NCBI GenBank assembly: GCA_002869535.1
Contig: PKUK01000003.1
Span: 231,347 to 295,346, forward strand
DNA length: 64,000 bases
Source: Arcobacter sp.
GTDB taxonomy: Bacteria > Campylobacterota > Campylobacteria > Campylobacterales > Arcobacteraceae
Direction: 5' to 3'
Shown: one piece after another, positions 48,047 to 56,547 of the stretch
Layout of the letters: every line of letters starts with the position of its first letter
How positions within the stretch are numbered: the first letter of the stretch is position 1
Position numbers and translations under genes: made by a program
Notes under the pieces: generated by a model
Seen by the model: the letters and a program-made list of their open reading frames with translations, nothing else
Told to the model about the DNA's origin: nothing
The model's database searches: none

Positions 48047-49263
48047 AAAATGTCTCTATTACAGCCTTTATAAATATTATATTTGTATTAGCACTTGCTG
48101 CAATTACAACCACATTTTTATTTTTTGTGAAATTAGATAAAGAGAAATCTACCCAAGAGAGAACACAAAGATATAGTATTATTGCAAATAGTGTTTTAAA
48201 TAACTTTAATTTACTACCTACTAATGACCAATTAAAAAATATATATTCACAATTTCAAGTAACTTCAGTAGAAGATAGATTAAAAAAACTAGATGTAATC
48301 AATAATGCAAAAGAGCTTATGTATCAAGAGACATCTCTTGGAAGAGTAAGAATTTACGAGATGTACAATAAGTACTATATTTATGTTCAAAAAATGAGTT
48401 ATAACATTCTGCTTGAAGATTTAAAGCCACAACCATACAACAGAAGTATAGCCCTAATAGTATATTTATTTGCCATTACGATATTTTTAGCACTCTACTT
48501 TGCCATAAGAAAAAAATTTACACCACTTAGAACTTTAGATAAACAAATCCAAAAATTCTCTAATGGTGACAAAAATATAAAACTTGATTTTACAAATAAC
48601 GACGAAATAGGAAAAATTGCAAAAAGCTTCAATAATGCAATCACTCATATCAATAACTTAACTGATTCAAAAAATCTTTTTATGAGAAATATGATGCATG
48701 AGCTTAAAACTCCAATAACAAAGGCTATGTTTATTGTTGAATCTTTAGATGATGATAAAAATAAAGAGATTTTAGTACGTGCATTTGAGAGAATGAATAG
48801 TATTATTAAAGAGTTAGCAACAGTTGAAAAACTCTCTTCAAATATGTCTGTTATCTATAAAGAAAATACTACATTTTTTAAAATATACAAAAATGCAATA
48901 AATATCATGATGATAGATGCAAATTCAATTAGCAGCAAGATAAGTGATTTTAATCTCAAAGTAGATATTTCACTATTTTCAATTACAATAAAAAACTTAA
49001 TAGATAATGCAATTAAATTTTCACCAAATAGTCATGCTACGTTAATAGCCACAAAAAGAAAAATAGAAGTTATATCAAAAGGTGAAAAACTAAAACATGA
49101 TTTAAATTACTACACAGAACCTTTTTCACAAGAAGAGAAAAGAAAAGATGGCTTTGGTTTGGGTTTATATATTGTCAAAACAAGCGTTGAACTTCATGGG
49201 TTTAAATTTCTTTATGAATATAAAGAGGGAAAAAACTATTTTATAATTGATATGAGTAAATAA
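48043..49263 (+). CDS. sensor histidine kinase (two TM helices, HAMP, HisKA, HATPase_c)
   Basis: 406-aa ORF with H-box MHELKTPIT, N-box IDNAIKFSP, and G-box GFGLGLYIV. Overlaps the regulator stop by 4 nt. Confidence 0.85.
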   Translation: MKNVSITAFINIIFVLALAAITTTFLFFVKLDKEKSTQERTQRYSIIANSVLNNFNLLPTNDQLKNIYSQFQVTSVEDRLKKLDVINNAKELMYQETSLGRVRIYEMYNKYYIYVQKMSYNILLEDLKPQPYNRSIALIVYLFAITIFLALYFAIRKKFTPLRTLDKQIQKFSNGDKNIKLDFTNNDEIGKIAKSFNNAITHINNLTDSKNLFMRNMMHELKTPITKAMFIVESLDDDKNKEILVRAFERMNSIIKELATVEKLSSNMSVIYKENTTFFKIYKNAINIMMIDANSISSKISDFNLKVDISLFSITIKNLIDNAIKFSPNSHATLIATKRKIEVISKGEKLKHDLNYYTEPFSQEEKRKDGFGLGLYIVKTSVELHGFKFLYEYKEGKNYFIIDMSK

Positions 49264-49269
49264 ACCTAT

Positions 49270-50547
49270 TTACTCAACTATCTCTTCATTTTCCACTCTA
49301 AACATCGTCAAATATGGTAACCGTCCTGGTAACTTTATTTTATTGATATTACCACTATGAACTGAATCTAATTCTTTATCAGTCTCAGTTAAAATCTTTT
49401 TAAAGCTTATATAATAAATCCCACCTTTTAAATATATTCTTCCTATATCATTATCTACTTCTTCAATTTTAGTGTTTAAAGGAGCAAAAATCTCTATCTC
49501 TTCATTTGGGTATGTTTTATATTTACATAAAAAATGCTCTTAATCTTCACATACAAGACCACTTACTTCAAAAGTTCCTTTACTTAAGGCATAATCATGG
49601 TTTTGAGAATCTGCTCTCTCAAAAGGCCGGTGAATCAAATATGCATCAGTAAAACCTCTATTTTTTGTAGTTGCTAATTCTCTTTGGTATTTATCTGCTT
49701 CAAAACTGTTTGAGTAAAAATCATCAATAGCCATTCTATATGTATTTGCTGTAACTGCAGCATAATAAGGTGATTTTGTTCTTCCTTCTATCTTTATAGA
49801 ATCAACCGCTCCACTTTTTAATATTTCATCAACATGACTAGCTAAGTTCATATCTTTTGCATTAAAGATATATGTTCCAACACCTGGTTCTTCTTCAAGT
49901 CTAAACATTGTCCCATGGTCTTCATTGGCAGCATATAGTGTATACTCAAATCTACAATCATTTGCACAGCTTCCTCTATTTGGAACTCTTCCCATTTGTA
50001 CAGCACTAACTAAACATCTTCCACTATATGCAAAGCACATAGAGCCATGAACAAAAATCTCTATTTCCATCTCAGGAAGATGTTTTTTTATCTCTGTTAC
50101 ATCTTTTAGACTAATTTCACGTGCAGCAATTATTCTTCTTACACCCATATCATAATAAACTTGTGCATCTAAATAGTTCATAACATTTGCTTGGGTTGAT
50201 AGATGAATAGGTATATGAGGAGCTAACTCTCTACAAAGTCTTACAACACCTGGAGCTGCTACAATTAGTGCATCTGGTTCCAAAGCTGCCATATCTACAA
50301 TATGTTTTTTAAGTAGCTCAATTTGTGAGTTAAAAGGGAAACCATTTATTGTAGCGTAGACTTTCTTACCCATAGAATGAGCATAATCAATTCCCTCTTT
50401 AAAACTTTCAAAAGTAAACTCTTTTCCACTTCTTATTCTTAAAGAAAAATGACTAACCCCACCATATACTGCATCTGCTCCATATGCAAATGCAATTTTC
50501 AATTTTTCTAAATTTCCAGCTGGGCTTAATAATTCTACTTTATTCAT
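49270..50547 (-). pseudogene. peptidase U32-family Fe-S protein (PrtC/TrhP/UbiU-like) interrupted by an in-frame TAA at 49542..49540
   Basis: N-terminus MNKVELLSPAGNLEKLKIAFAYGADAVYGG. Intact CX6CX15CX3C motif (CFAYSGRC...C.ANDC). After the stop the same frame encodes 89 more codons (EHFLCKYKTYPNEEIEIFAPL...MFRVENEEIVE) ending at TAA 49272..49270. That is the expected U32 C-terminal domain. Total is 425 codons. Confidence 0.8.
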
Positions 50548-50821
50548 CTCTTGTCCTTATGACTTACACTTTATTTTTTCGAATTATATCAAAAAAAAAT
50601 ATATAAAAAGATTGAAAAAATTCTTATTTTAAAACGAAAGTTTTACTTAAGAAAAATATGTTACATTGTCACAAAAAAACATAATAAATCAAATTATTAT
50701 TTTATTTTAATTTTTAGAAGAACTAGCCTATTTTTAAAAAGACCTTTTAATTTAAGAAAATTATTTATATAAATAAAAGATTTATTTTTAAATAGATACA
50801 ATACGGATTAAAGAGAGATAG

Positions 50822-52774
50822 TTGAGGATAATGATGTTAGGTAAATTTTTAAAGAAAACAACTCCAAGTGATGTATTAGAAGAGCTCAAAAGCAAAACAT
50901 TTAGGGAGTCAAAAGTAAATGATTTATTAAAAGATGTGGATATAAATAAAAAATTTACAGATGGAGAAAACTTTCTTCATAAAGTAATTCCTTTAAATAA
51001 CATTGAGTCTGTTAAAGCACTAATCTCACATAACATTGATTTAAATACTCAGACTCCTTCTGGAGATACAGCTTTGCACATTGCTTCAAGATATGCATTT
51101 ACAGATATTGTTAAAGCAATTTTAAATGCAAAAGGTGACCATAAGATTTTAAATGAACAAGGAAGATTAGCTATCCAAGAAGCAATTTTTAATGGAAGAG
51201 TTGAAAACTATGCAGTTTTATCACAAAAACAAACTGACTTTAATCATAAAGACTTAAATGGAAACAATTTTTTAAAAGATGCAGTAGAGTCTAAAAATGT
51301 AACTATTATAATGGATTTATTAAAAAATAAAAAAATAACACCTGACCCTTCAGTTGTCTTTTCACAAAATTTATTTAGTGATAATAATGTCTTCTCTACA
51401 GTGATTGAATATATTGATGACTTAAATGAAAAAGATGAAGAAGGGAGAAATGCTCTTTTTTATTTAGTAAAAAATGGAATAAGCTCAATTGATATGTTCG
51501 AGTCATTGATTGAAAAAGGTGTTGATATAAACTGTATAGATAAAAATGGTGATAACATCCTACTATACCTAATAAAATATATTATAAGCTCATCACAAAG
51601 AAATGAAGAAAATGGTGATAATAAAGATGCTAACAAAAAATTAACTCCAGAAGAGCTTAAAAATATCATAGATATAATTCCCGTAATCATAGAGAATGAT
51701 ATTATAAAAAACACTTGTAATAAAGATGGAGATAATATTCTTTCATTATGTGTTAGATCTTTAAATAAAGACTTATTAGCCCTATTACTTGATTATAACA
51801 TTGATCCAAATATAGAAACATCGTCAAAAGAGACTGCTTTAACAATAGCAGCTATTATGGGTTCAGAGGCAAAAGAACTACTCTATTTACTTCTTGATTA
51901 TGGAGCAAATCCAAATATAAAAGATGAAAACAATCAAACAATTATAGAAAAACTAATAAACATAGAACTTTTCAAAAAAAATGGGAAAAAATTAGTAAGT
52001 AGTCAAAGACGACAAATAGATGAAAATAGTGATTATCTTCTTATTTTAGACGCCATATTAACCAACGCTGAAGTACATTTAACAGAATATAACTCCAATG
52101 AAGAGCCATATATATTTGAACTTATTACTTATGGAAATATCCACTTAATAAAGCTTTTCCTAAAGAACGGTGCAGATATAAATCAAAGAGATGCAAATGG
52201 ACTAAATATTATATATAAATATTTAGCAGAAAATACTAGCTTTAGAAGAGAAGTTGAACAAAAAAACTTTTATTCAAACCTAAAAACTATAATAAGTTTT
52301 GGAGCTAATGTAAATGCAAAAGATACTTTTGGAGGAATAACTCTACATAAAGCAATTCTTGAAAATGATATTCAAACAGTAAAAATAATACTTCATAGTG
52401 GTGCTGATATCAATGCAATTGATAATAGAGGTCGAAATATGATTCACAACTGTATGTGGAAAAATAAAATAAAAACTTTTAGATTAATTTATACTTTCAA
52501 TAAAAAACTTATAAACCAACCTGATAAATTTGGGGTATTACCTATTAATTATGCAGCATTTTTAGGGTATAAAGATTTGGTTTTAGAGTTGATTAGAACA
52601 GGCTCACACATAAATAATCCAGAGAAAAAAACACCTTATATTCTAAACTTCTTAAAAAGGTTTCATCCTAGTATTGCAACACTAAAAGATAGTGCAGTAA
52701 CAAATGCAGAAAAAAATACTATCCAAGTACTTTTAGACAATATGAAAAAAGAATTTCAAATAGATACTATTTAG
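50822..52774 (+). CDS. ankyrin-repeat protein (about 12 or more ANK repeats)
   Basis: 650-aa ORF with repeated G.T.LH.A......V..LL..GA..N units (SGDTALHIASRY; ETALTIAAIMG..LLLDYGANPNIKD; GGITLHKAILENDIQTVKIILHSGADINAIDNRG). The track start is TTG at 50822. ATG at 50831/50834 behind GAGGA is an alternative. No signal peptide. Confidence 0.8.
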   Translation: MRIMMLGKFLKKTTPSDVLEELKSKTFRESKVNDLLKDVDINKKFTDGENFLHKVIPLNNIESVKALISHNIDLNTQTPSGDTALHIASRYAFTDIVKAILNAKGDHKILNEQGRLAIQEAIFNGRVENYAVLSQKQTDFNHKDLNGNNFLKDAVESKNVTIIMDLLKNKKITPDPSVVFSQNLFSDNNVFSTVIEYIDDLNEKDEEGRNALFYLVKNGISSIDMFESLIEKGVDINCIDKNGDNILLYLIKYIISSSQRNEENGDNKDANKKLTPEELKNIIDIIPVIIENDIIKNTCNKDGDNILSLCVRSLNKDLLALLLDYNIDPNIETSSKETALTIAAIMGSEAKELLYLLLDYGANPNIKDENNQTIIEKLINIELFKKNGKKLVSSQRRQIDENSDYLLILDAILTNAEVHLTEYNSNEEPYIFELITYGNIHLIKLFLKNGADINQRDANGLNIIYKYLAENTSFRREVEQKNFYSNLKTIISFGANVNAKDTFGGITLHKAILENDIQTVKIILHSGADINAIDNRGRNMIHNCMWKNKIKTFRLIYTFNKKLINQPDKFGVLPINYAAFLGYKDLVLELIRTGSHINNPEKKTPYILNFLKRFHPSIATLKDSAVTNAEKNTIQVLLDNMKKEFQIDTI

Positions 52775-54320
52775 AATCTATTAAATTCTTTGCAAAAAGA
52801 TATGCCTCTTTTGTAATATTTTCGCCACTAATCATTCTTGAGATTTCTTCAATTTTGCCTTTATCATCAAGTAATTTTACACTTGAAACCCCATTTTGTT
52901 TATCTACAAAAAAGTGTTGTTTAGCAGCTGCTGTTAATTGTGGCTGGTGAGATATTGCAAATATTTGATATGAGTTAGACAGTTCACTCAAAACTGTAGC
53001 AATTGCATCACTCTCTTTTCCACTTAAGTTTGCATCAATCTCATCTAAAAATAAAATACCATTATTCAAAATCTCAAACTTACTCATTGATGTAAGAAGA
53101 GCAAGTCTTAGTCTGTTGAACTCTCCTGAACTTATAGTACCAAGATTTACACCATTAAGTTCTAAGATGACTTCATCTTTACCTAAATTGTCAATTTGTT
53201 TATCTTTTAAATAAATTTTTGCATTTGAAAGATATAGGTATTTTAAATAGTGATTAACTCTCTCTTCTAAAATCTTTGCACTAGCTGTTCTATATGTTGT
53301 TAAACTTGAGGCTAACTCTTCTACTTTTTGCGTCAATTGTTTTACTTTTTTTTCTAAAATAGTTTTTTCAAAAGAGATATTATCATAAGAATCAAGCTCT
53401 TTTTGTTTTTGTTCTTTATACTCTAGTGCCCCAGCAATTGTCCCAAATCTTTTTTGAAGTGAAGCTAGTTTTTCAATTCTATCTAAAACTGCTTCTATAT
53501 CTAACTCTTCCAATTCATACAAAGAGTCATTGAAGTTTTCAAAGATATTTTCTAACTCATTAATAGTTTCATCAAAAAATGCACTATCCTTATCCATAAT
53601 ATCCAAAGCCTTAGATACACTTGTTCTAAAATCAAAAATACCTTTAGATAGCTCTATTGCCTCTTCTATTTTATCTTTTTTTGCAAGTCTTTTTTTTACT
53701 TCATTTAGCTCTTCATACTCATCTATTTTTGGATTTATAGATTCTATTTTTTCTATTTCATACTTAGCAAACTCTTTTAACTCTTCTAGCTTAGACTCAT
53801 CTTCATTTATCTTTTTTAGTTGATTAGATATTTCCAAAAGTGCATGAAAGTTCTCTTCATACTCTTTTTTTAAACTTGTAAACTCTTCATCACTTGAAGC
53901 AGTTAATCTATCTAAAAAACCTACCAATCGTGAACTATCAAAGTCACTATTATCTTTTAAATGTAAATGTTTAACTAGATTACTTGAAAATGCAGTTAGC
54001 ACTTTTTTTGAGATGGTTTGAGAGTTCAAAAAATATCTTACTTTATCTTTTTTTATCTCTTTAATTATAATATCATCACCAGCTTCAATTGCAAAACCTT
54101 CATCACTTATAGAAGAGTTTTCAACAGTGGTCTCACTTAAATTTGCCTTTGCCTCTTTTATTCCAAACAGAGCTAAAAAAGCATCCATCAAAATTGATTT
54201 TCCAGCACCAGAAGGTCCTGTAAAAACTACTAAACCTTTTTCAAACTCTAAATCTACTTTTTCAAATGATAGATAATCTTCTAAATAAAATCTACTAATC
54301 ATATCTATTAATTTCCCCAT
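52767..54320 (-). CDS. recN: DNA repair protein RecN (SMC-like ATPase)
   Basis: 517-aa ORF with Walker A GPSGAGKS, a long coiled-coil middle, a C-terminal SGGE signature (ISSGEFNR) and Walker B LFLDEID. Its 3' end overlaps the ankyrin gene's end by 8 nt (convergent). Confidence 0.85.
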   Translation of the reverse strand: MGKLIDMISRFYLEDYLSFEKVDLEFEKGLVVFTGPSGAGKSILMDAFLALFGIKEAKANLSETTVENSSISDEGFAIEAGDDIIIKEIKKDKVRYFLNSQTISKKVLTAFSSNLVKHLHLKDNSDFDSSRLVGFLDRLTASSDEEFTSLKKEYEENFHALLEISNQLKKINEDESKLEELKEFAKYEIEKIESINPKIDEYEELNEVKKRLAKKDKIEEAIELSKGIFDFRTSVSKALDIMDKDSAFFDETINELENIFENFNDSLYELEELDIEAVLDRIEKLASLQKRFGTIAGALEYKEQKQKELDSYDNISFEKTILEKKVKQLTQKVEELASSLTTYRTASAKILEERVNHYLKYLYLSNAKIYLKDKQIDNLGKDEVILELNGVNLGTISSGEFNRLRLALLTSMSKFEILNNGILFLDEIDANLSGKESDAIATVLSELSNSYQIFAISHQPQLTAAAKQHFFVDKQNGVSSVKLLDDKGKIEEISRMISGENITKEAYLFAKNLIDSK

Positions 54321-55177
54321 CTTAATTTTTCATTTAGCACTTCAAAATAGTTTCTTTGACATCTATGAATTAATTTTGCTTTATTATCTGATATCTCTAT
54401 TTTAATACTTTCATTCTCATTTATTTCATAAGTATCTTGTCCATCAATTATTACTAAGGCACCTTGATTATCAGTAATAGTAAACTCTATTTTAAAATCT
54501 GCTGGCAATACTAATGGTCTTTGAGTTAGACTGTGTGGGGCTATTGGTGTTACAATAAATGCTTCTGTTAAAGGGAAAACGACAGGTCCTCCTACAGATA
54601 GATTGTATGCAGTTGAACCAGTTGGAGTAGAGATAATCACCCCATCTCCATAATAAGAGTTAAAGTGTTTACCATCAATCTTTGCATCTAAACTTATCAT
54701 TGAAGACATAGATTTTCTTGAAATTACAATATCATTAAAAGCCACAAAGTTTTGCTCTTTTGCACAACCTTTTATCATCATTCTATGGTCAATTCTATAT
54801 TTATGTTCAAACATAAGTGCTAAAAAATTCTCAACTTCACTAAGTCTAATATCTGTTAAAAATCCTAAAGTTCCTTGATGAATTCCAAGTACAGGAATAT
54901 GATGTTTAAAACTTCTTCTAACTACAGAAATAAGTGTCCCATCTCCACCAATTGAGACTAAAAAATCACTATTTTCTGATAATTCATCAAGTTCAACTCC
55001 ACCCTTTTCACCAATCATGTTTGCACTATTTTTTTCTAATGCAACTTCAATATTAGCCCTTAAAAAATGATTTTTTATAATATTATATTCATCTTTTATT
55101 TCAGGAGAGTCAGGCTTTAAAATAAAGCCTGCTTTTTTGATTTGTTTTAGTTTTTCATTACTTGTGGTTAATTTCAT
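54308..55177 (-). CDS. nadK: NAD kinase
   Basis: 289-aa ORF with GGDGTLIS and TPTGSTAYNLS motifs. Confidence 0.9.
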   Translation of the reverse strand: MKLTTSNEKLKQIKKAGFILKPDSPEIKDEYNIIKNHFLRANIEVALEKNSANMIGEKGGVELDELSENSDFLVSIGGDGTLISVVRRSFKHHIPVLGIHQGTLGFLTDIRLSEVENFLALMFEHKYRIDHRMMIKGCAKEQNFVAFNDIVISRKSMSSMISLDAKIDGKHFNSYYGDGVIISTPTGSTAYNLSVGGPVVFPLTEAFIVTPIAPHSLTQRPLVLPADFKIEFTITDNQGALVIIDGQDTYEINENESIKIEISDNKAKLIHRCQRNYFEVLNEKLRWGN

Positions 55178-55195
55178 GCTTGGATTATATCAAAA

Positions 55196-56536
55196 TTATC
55201 TTTCATGTAGGGCATCTTGTTTTGTTTTTAGAATTGGTTTTAATATAAAATCTAAAATTGTTTTTTGCCCTGTTATAATGTCAACATTGGCAATCATTCC
55301 CGGAATAATTGGCAATTTTTTACCATCTTTTTCCAAATAGTTTTTATCTGTTTTAACAACAACTTTATAATATGATTTTGGTGTTTTACTCTCTTTATCA
55401 ACAATACTATCTGCTGAAATCTCTACTATTTTACCATCCAATCCACCGTATATTGCAAAGTCATATGCAGTAACTTTTACTATTGCTTTTTGGCTAGGAT
55501 TTATAAAGGCTATATCTCTTGGATCAATTTTTGCTTCTACTAGAAGAATATCACTTTGAGGAACAATCTCTATTAAATCAAATCCACTTTTTATAACACC
55601 ACCTACTGTATTCATATTTATAACTTTTACTATACCATCAACTGGTGATTTTACTACAGTTTTATCTAGTTTATCTTGTTCTGAAACAATTTTTGACTCA
55701 TAAACTTTTAATTCGTTATTAACTCTTTCTAGCTCTTGCAAAGCTTCACTTTTGAAGTTTTTTAGCTTTTCTAGTATTCTATTTTCTGCTTCATTAATTG
55801 CATATTTTGCTTTTGGGATTTGAATTTTTGTACTTTCAAATTCACTTCTTACTGTATTTAACTCTTTTTTTATTGTGATTAAATCTATAGTTGATTTTGA
55901 ACCAGATTTTACAAACTTTTGCACAGTTTTATATTGTTCATCAAGTAAGTTCAGACTCTTTTTTAAATTATCTCTTTTTGATTCTAACTCTATCATCTCT
56001 TGAACTTTTTGTCCTAATTGAGTCTCCAAGATATTTAATGCACTTTTAAACTCATCAACTCTTGTATAAAAAAGTATTCTTTGGTGATTTACATATTTAG
56101 GAGCTACTACTTCTAACTCGGGAGGAAATACCAACTCTTTTGTCTCTTCTTTTACTTTTAAATTATATTCCGCTTCTAGTCTAACCTTTGTTGCTTGTAA
56201 GCTATACAACGATTGCTCATTTTCATCTAAAGATGCCTGAAATCTTGTAGTGTCAATTTTCATTAAAGGTTGACCCTTTACTACATAAGAACCCTCTTTT
56301 ACTAAAAGCTCTGAAAGAATACCACCATCCAAACTTTGGATTGTTTGTATTTTTTCAGAAGGTATTACTTTACCCTCACCCCTTGCTAATTCATCAATCT
56401 CAGATAATGATGCCCACAATAAAAATATAACCATAAATAAAATTATTAATCCAAATAGGTAGTCAATCTTTTTATTTGCTTTTAAATTAGCTTGCGCATG
56501 TAGTGAATAAACAAAATCTATATCTTCTTTTGCCAT
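55196..56536 (-). CDS. type I secretion membrane fusion protein (HlyD family)
   Basis: 446-aa ORF with an N-terminal anchor helix (LFGLIILFMVIFLLWASL), a long coiled-coil region, and a C-terminal beta-barrel segment ending ...PGMIANVDIITGQKTILDFILKP. Confidence 0.85.
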   Translation of the reverse strand: MAKEDIDFVYSLHAQANLKANKKIDYLFGLIILFMVIFLLWASLSEIDELARGEGKVIPSEKIQTIQSLDGGILSELLVKEGSYVVKGQPLMKIDTTRFQASLDENEQSLYSLQATKVRLEAEYNLKVKEETKELVFPPELEVVAPKYVNHQRILFYTRVDEFKSALNILETQLGQKVQEMIELESKRDNLKKSLNLLDEQYKTVQKFVKSGSKSTIDLITIKKELNTVRSEFESTKIQIPKAKYAINEAENRILEKLKNFKSEALQELERVNNELKVYESKIVSEQDKLDKTVVKSPVDGIVKVINMNTVGGVIKSGFDLIEIVPQSDILLVEAKIDPRDIAFINPSQKAIVKVTAYDFAIYGGLDGKIVEISADSIVDKESKTPKSYYKVVVKTDKNYLEKDGKKLPIIPGMIANVDIITGQKTILDFILKPILKTKQDALHER

Positions 56537-56547
56537 AACAAACCTTT

